Below, in pieces: positions 59,294 to 64,000 of a DNA stretch of 64,000 nt; position 1 is the first letter of the stretch; each line of letters opens with the position of its first letter. The DNA comes from an uncultured Thiotrichaceae bacterium. Lineage in GTDB: Bacteria > Pseudomonadota > Gammaproteobacteria > SZUA-229. The notes under the pieces are model-generated. The model saw only the letters and a program-made list of their open reading frames with translations. It did not search any database and was not told the origin of the DNA. Location: the NCBI GenBank assembly GCA_964531165.1, contig CAZHEA010000005.1, positions 16,858 to 80,857 on the forward strand, written 5' to 3'. The translations under genes were made by a program, and so were the position numbers.

Positions 59294-60583
59294 TTATAAT
59301 AAAGTATAATTTAGAGATATGATAAATCTTAAGTCTTCATAATTCTCACTTTCCACTGTACTCACTCGCTCAAGAGATAGCACATCAAGTGCAACATTCA
59401 TATTACGTCGAAGTGAATGCGTATAAGATATTGAATATAGATAATCATCATCTTCACGATTTTCGGCAGGATCCTGGTATTCAGAATTTGTATAGCTCAG
59501 ACTATACGTAATATAATTACGCCCCTTTAGGACCCATCGCCCTCTTATAAAGGCCGACAAATTAATCACATCAAGATTGTCCTGTCTTTTATAGTCTCTT
59601 TCCAGCCCATCAAGTTGAAATGTAACTGTACTACTCGATAATGTTTTTATATATTGAAGGCTTAATAATTCATTAGTAAATACATCATTAGCAGCTGTAT
59701 TATTAGTTGAATCATCGACACTATCACTCAGTGCACTGCCTGTAATTTGTCGACCTGTATCAGATGTTACATTTTCATAAAAAAAACGTAACAAAGAAGT
59801 GCGTGTTCTGGCATTTGTAAATGAAAATAAATATCGACCTTCATCTATGTCAGCAATATTATCGTTAACTATTAAAGTCGAGCCATACTCAGCAGAAAAA
59901 GTATTAACCCCTTTAATATAATCAAAACTTAAGAAAACATCATTTCGATTGAAATCAGCATTCACTATAGTATCTTTAAATCGAGTTGTCTCCGCCTCAT
60001 CATTTATTGCTACAGTTAACGCCGAATTAAACCTAAATTGCCAGCGAGCAGCTAACGTCGCTCTATTGTTATCCAGATTTTCTTCATACGTGAAGCTTTC
60101 TGCCCGTGCTTCTAGTGAAATGCTATTCCTTGCATTAATTCTTATATTGTAATTAGGCCCCGTAGAAAATACATTTATATTTTGTCTGTTAGTCGGAGTG
60201 TTGCTTGCCTGCGTATCAATAGCCGTTTGTGTAAAGATATCGTCTAAGAACCATTCAAATCTTCCTGGCATTATTCGCCATATAATATTTGCATTTAAAC
60301 CGCCGATATTCTCATCAGGTATAATATCATTTTTATAATTGATTGATCTAATCGATGCAGCAATATTTGTATAGAATTCGGCATTATCTTCTAAAACTGA
60401 AATCCCACCATTTAAGGCTATAGATGTCTCACCACTAACTGGCACAGGCACAAGATCCACGTTGTCATAACTTGCAAATGCAACACCCGCTGTATAACCC
60501 ACCTTAGCAGCAGATAGATTAAAAGGTAGCATTAACAAAAATATCATGCTCAAATTCTTAATAGGTCTAGTCATTGCAATCAT
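59294..60583 (-). CDS. putative outer-membrane beta-barrel protein (PEP-CTERM-locus associated type by position)
   Basis: Signal peptide (LPFNLSAA) and an alternating-hydrophobicity, Tyr/Asn/Ser-rich sequence. It sits between the ATPase and kinase-like genes. No motif-level confirmation. Confidence 0.5.
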   Translation of the reverse strand: MIAMTRPIKNLSMIFLLMLPFNLSAAKVGYTAGVAFASYDNVDLVPVPVSGETSIALNGGISVLEDNAEFYTNIAASIRSINYKNDIIPDENIGGLNANIIWRIMPGRFEWFLDDIFTQTAIDTQASNTPTNRQNINVFSTGPNYNIRINARNSISLEARAESFTYEENLDNNRATLAARWQFRFNSALTVAINDEAETTRFKDTIVNADFNRNDVFLSFDYIKGVNTFSAEYGSTLIVNDNIADIDEGRYLFSFTNARTRTSLLRFFYENVTSDTGRQITGSALSDSVDDSTNNTAANDVFTNELLSLQYIKTLSSSTVTFQLDGLERDYKRQDNLDVINLSAFIRGRWVLKGRNYITYSLSYTNSEYQDPAENREDDDYLYSISYTHSLRRNMNVALDVLSLERVSTVESENYEDLRFIISLNYTLL

Positions 60584-60599
60584 TATCTATGACTATTAT

Positions 60600-61481
60600 T
60601 TAGAACTTAAATAATTTTGGTAGCCTGAACTTTGGTAATTTAGGCTTATCATTGAATACCACGCCTAGAAGTTTATCTTTACCGATTGCTTCCGCTGCTT
60701 CTTTTACTTTACCCGCTGTTGCTGCACCATATGGAACAACAAGTATTACAAAGTCACACAATTCAACTAAAATTCTTGTATCAGCTGATTCTGTAATTGG
60801 CGCTGCATCTAAAAATATATAACGATCAGAATATCTAGCTAATAAACCACTCATTAATTCACGCATTCGTAATGAAGTAAAGTACTCTGTAGCTGTCTCC
60901 CTTGCTGTGCCTGCAGGAATTATTTTTAAGCGCTTAATTCCCGTTTTATGCATTATAGTGTCGACCTGTATCGATTCATTTTCAAGATAATCGGTTAATC
61001 CTTTGTCGGCATCCATATGTAAAACTGAATCCAGTTTTGGATTATTCAAATTACAATCAATTAATAATGAAGTTTTACTTTCATCAAATGAAAATGCTGT
61101 TGCGATATTAAGAGACGTTGACGAACTATCTATATCAGGTACACATGAAGTGACGAGCACAATAAAGTTTTTTCCCTGATTTTTTTGAATAAGCTTAGTT
61201 CTTAAGTCCCTGAATGTATTTGCAGTCTTATTATCAGTCATTTCAGAGTAGATGATTTTTAAATCTGATAATTTTGAATTATCAAATATTTCTCCACTCT
61301 CCATTAATGCAATTTCTTTGATTGACGGCTCATGCCGCAACTCTCTGGTTCCTGCATTAATAGAAACTAAATCTTTTTTATCGGACGGCTTCGCATGGTT
61401 ACCATGAAGAGCTTTTATACCTGTATCGTCTCTGCTCAGGTTACGTTTGGCCTTATTAAGAGCATCCTCTATTTTACTCAT
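60600..61481 (-). CDS. BY-kinase-like (MinD/ParA-fold) protein with degenerate Walker A
   Basis: N-terminal 'MSKIEDALNKAKR', 'SLLIDCNLNNPKL' (A-prime-like) and 'IFLDAAPI' (Walker B-like) fit PEP-CTERM-locus tyrosine autokinases. The P-loop position reads 'VTSCVPDIDSSSTSLNIA' instead of VTSxxPGEGKSxxxxNLA, and the C-terminal tail has no Tyr. Confidence 0.65.
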   Translation of the reverse strand: MSKIEDALNKAKRNLSRDDTGIKALHGNHAKPSDKKDLVSINAGTRELRHEPSIKEIALMESGEIFDNSKLSDLKIIYSEMTDNKTANTFRDLRTKLIQKNQGKNFIVLVTSCVPDIDSSSTSLNIATAFSFDESKTSLLIDCNLNNPKLDSVLHMDADKGLTDYLENESIQVDTIMHKTGIKRLKIIPAGTARETATEYFTSLRMRELMSGLLARYSDRYIFLDAAPITESADTRILVELCDFVILVVPYGAATAGKVKEAAEAIGKDKLLGVVFNDKPKLPKFRLPKLFKF

Positions 61482-63034
61482 CAGATCTGCCCCACATATT
61501 TAAACCAGCCTATAATTCCATATATAGATATGACAATTAAGATTCCACCTGCTAAATACAGTAAGCTTCTTGATGCCCTTGCATCTTCAACGCTACTTGT
61601 TAACACCTTAATTTCAGCTAATACTGGGATATTTAGCTCATCGTTGATTATTTGTGCGTACCTTATTCTCGGGTCCAGTTGCAACATTAAATAAATTATC
61701 CCTATTGGTATTGCTAAGCCAATTATTAGCCCTGCCAATGCAAAGTGAATAAACCTTAACCCTGTTGGTATAAGTGGTATTTTAGCGGGTTCCTGAATTT
61801 TGAAAGTTAACCCCTGATTCTCTTTATCCAGATTTCGTGATACTCGTGCACGCTCCATGCGCTTTAACAAATCCTGATAAATATCCTGATTCACCTGATA
61901 ATCACGAGTCAATTTTGCAAGTGTAACCTCACCACTATGTATACGCCGAGCTCTTTCATATTCATTCTCTAGCATAATATTCATTTCAGCCATTCGGGCA
62001 TTTAGAGTGGCGATCTTCGTCTGAGTATTCGAAGCATCACTGCGCAATTTCTGATATAGAGGGTTCAATATAATGGCTTCATCAATATAGCTAACACCCG
62101 TTGTTCTAGCTTTATTTTTTGCTTCCTGACGCCTGAGTCTCTCATTTCTCATCGAATTTTTAAGATCATTAATCTGGTGCTTTAATCTCACAATATCAGG
62201 GTAAGTTTCTTTATAATCCAGCCTTAATGTTTCAAGGCTTTGTTGTAAATCAGAAATTTTTGAACGATACTGACCTTCTTTTGACTGACTAATCGTTATA
62301 GCCGCCTCACCGGACAATTGCAGCTGTAATGAATCTCTGCGAATTTCTGTTTCACGTAATTCAAGCTGTGTTCTAGAGATATCAGATGTAAGGCTAGCAA
62401 TTCTATCTGAAACTTCTGACTCAAGCCCGGCCCTTGCATCTGGATTATTTGACCTGAATTCACTTAATTGTTCTTCAACCTGAGTCAATTTACTTAAGTA
62501 CTCATTTACCTGCTTTTCAATAAAATTGTATGCAGCCTGACTTTCATTTATTTTAGATTTTTCACCTTCTTCAATAAACAACTCAGCCATTCTTTTTGCA
62601 GTAGTATAAGCACGTACCGCATCACTATCACGATACTCTATCTTGATTAAATTATTACCAATGCTATTTATCTTTACATTATCTCTGATATCTTTTTTGA
62701 TCTGTTCTTTTTCAACTTCAGAACGTTCTTCCTTAAGCCAGCCAGCATCTTCAATTACCTGTAGCATTATTTTTTCACCAAAAATAATCTCACGAGCATT
62801 GCCAACGTAATCTGTTGTTTGTGTGGTCTCAGCAGAACCTTCCATAAGAGGTTGAAGAATATTGCTATCATCAGCGAGAATGATGCCGAATGAGGTGTAA
62901 CGCTTTGGCCAGATAGTACCGACACCCAGAATTAAAAGACTAAAAATAACAAAAGCAGTAAAGACAGCTTTACGTCGATCAACCACCTCTACTATCAAAG
63001 TGTGTAAAATATCCTCAAAGGGTAAGTGAATCAT
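61481..63034 (-). CDS. polysaccharide chain-length determinant (Wzz/GumC-like, PCP family)
   Basis: It has an N-terminal TM, a long coiled-coil periplasmic region ('LSEFRSNNPDA', 'RDYQVNQDIYQDLLKRMERARVS') and a C-terminal TM. Its stop overlaps the next start (TGATG at 61483..61479). Confidence 0.8.
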   Translation of the reverse strand: MIHLPFEDILHTLIVEVVDRRKAVFTAFVIFSLLILGVGTIWPKRYTSFGIILADDSNILQPLMEGSAETTQTTDYVGNAREIIFGEKIMLQVIEDAGWLKEERSEVEKEQIKKDIRDNVKINSIGNNLIKIEYRDSDAVRAYTTAKRMAELFIEEGEKSKINESQAAYNFIEKQVNEYLSKLTQVEEQLSEFRSNNPDARAGLESEVSDRIASLTSDISRTQLELRETEIRRDSLQLQLSGEAAITISQSKEGQYRSKISDLQQSLETLRLDYKETYPDIVRLKHQINDLKNSMRNERLRRQEAKNKARTTGVSYIDEAIILNPLYQKLRSDASNTQTKIATLNARMAEMNIMLENEYERARRIHSGEVTLAKLTRDYQVNQDIYQDLLKRMERARVSRNLDKENQGLTFKIQEPAKIPLIPTGLRFIHFALAGLIIGLAIPIGIIYLMLQLDPRIRYAQIINDELNIPVLAEIKVLTSSVEDARASRSLLYLAGGILIVISIYGIIGWFKYVGQI

Positions 63035-63049
63035 ATTAAACCCGAATCC

Positions 63050-63685
63050 TTAAAACAAACGTTCTGGTACGGTTAAAATATCACCTGGCCGAAGCTCGAT
63101 ATTGGTTAGCAGCTCACCTTTATAAAGGATATCTCCTAAATAGATATCAATTACCCTGGTTTTACCCTTAATTTTTCGATAAAGTTTTGTGCTGTTTGGT
63201 GCTGCAAAATCAGTAACACTACCCGCAGATAAAATTGCATCAAGTACGGTCATACCCTGACGATAGTTAATTGATGCCGGACTTGCAACTGCACCGGTAA
63301 TTCGAAGCCGTGTCAGATACTCATTACTTTGCAGGCCTGTCACCATTAATGTGACATTTGGCTCACGCACAAAGTTACTAAGCTTCTTTTGAATAATAGC
63401 AGCAACAGCTTCTGGTTTTTTACCCGCAGCATGAACGTCACCTATCAGTGGCATAGATATTTTGCCATCAGGCCTAACAGGAACCGTCACTGACAGTTCA
63501 GGGTTACGCCAAACATTAATATCAATCGTGTCATCAACGCCTATATGATATTCAAGAATAGTCTCAGAACTATTATGATCGACCAGTACATTTGAGTTTG
63601 CCGAAAGATAAGCATCTGATGCACACCCGGCTAATAGCAGTATCAAAAACAGGGCCGTTAAGCGAATCAGTAAAGCATGTATCAT
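63050..63685 (-). CDS. polysaccharide export lipoprotein (Wza-like Poly_export + SLBB)
   Basis: 'LLLAGCAS' lipobox. 'YHIGVDDTIDINVWRNPELSVTVPVRPDGKISMPLIGDVHAAGKKPEAVAAII' is the Poly_export signature. It is the first gene of the minus-strand EPS operon in this window. Confidence 0.85.
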   Translation of the reverse strand: MIHALLIRLTALFLILLLAGCASDAYLSANSNVLVDHNSSETILEYHIGVDDTIDINVWRNPELSVTVPVRPDGKISMPLIGDVHAAGKKPEAVAAIIQKKLSNFVREPNVTLMVTGLQSNEYLTRLRITGAVASPASINYRQGMTVLDAILSAGSVTDFAAPNSTKLYRKIKGKTRVIDIYLGDILYKGELLTNIELRPGDILTVPERLF

Positions 63686-64000
63686 TTATTTCTCCGTTGA
63701 AGTTCCATTATCAGCAAATCATGATGTTGTAAAAAGCCAGCCCCACCTAGACAATCCACATGAAGCATTCTGTGCAACATTATTATTATAAAAATAAAAT
63801 GTATTTTACGAATTTATGCTTCACAAATCCACTTATAAATGATGTTAAATCAGTCACTTCGCGCTTTTACATCAGTTGGTGCTTAGATCAAGCCGACATA
63901 TAACTACTTTATCGTCAATCCCCTGTATCAGCGGCTTCCCACTGACACCAAAAGCACCAAACCTAAGCGTTTAATATGGTTTGTTCGTATTATTAGAAAA

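Overview
Low-GC gammaproteobacterial (marine Alteromonadales/Vibrionales-like, inferred) chromosome segment. Nt 1-8.7 kb looks like core genome: a truncated cupin-like gene, an ArsR-SRPBCC pair, a SAM methyltransferase, eptA-dgkA, and mfd with a csiV-like gene. From about 8.9 kb to the right edge is one long accessory block built around the PEP-CTERM/exosortase theme. It holds (a) a PEP-CTERM-type cargo gene; (b) an orphan PqqD-like / HPr-kinase-like / nucleotidyltransferase triad next to a Tat-leader micro-ORF; (c) an 8.1 kb gene for a 2691-aa modular secreted protein (SPRY-like, Ig-like, TSP3-type Ca-binding and golvesin-C-like modules in kb-scale tandem repeats); (d) a 15 kb hybrid NRPS-PKS operon, formyltransferase-A(Gly, embedded luciferase-like monooxygenase)-T, then KS-AT-KR-DH-ACP, then C-A(Gly)-T, ending in two alpha/beta-fold proteins that resemble the exosortase-A-associated hydrolase 2/1 pair instead of a TE; (e) four lipoproteins, two sharing an unrecognised C-terminal domain plus two heparinase II/III-like paralogs and a pectate-lyase-fold protein; (f) an 18.5 kb single-strand EPS operon with the PEP-CTERM-locus gene order (export, chain-length determinant, kinase-like, beta-barrel, ATPase, deacetylase, ligase-like, flippase, GTs). 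No exosortase, priming transferase, rRNA/tRNA, CRISPR array, transposase or integrase was seen. All family calls rest on motif recognition by eye. No searches were run.
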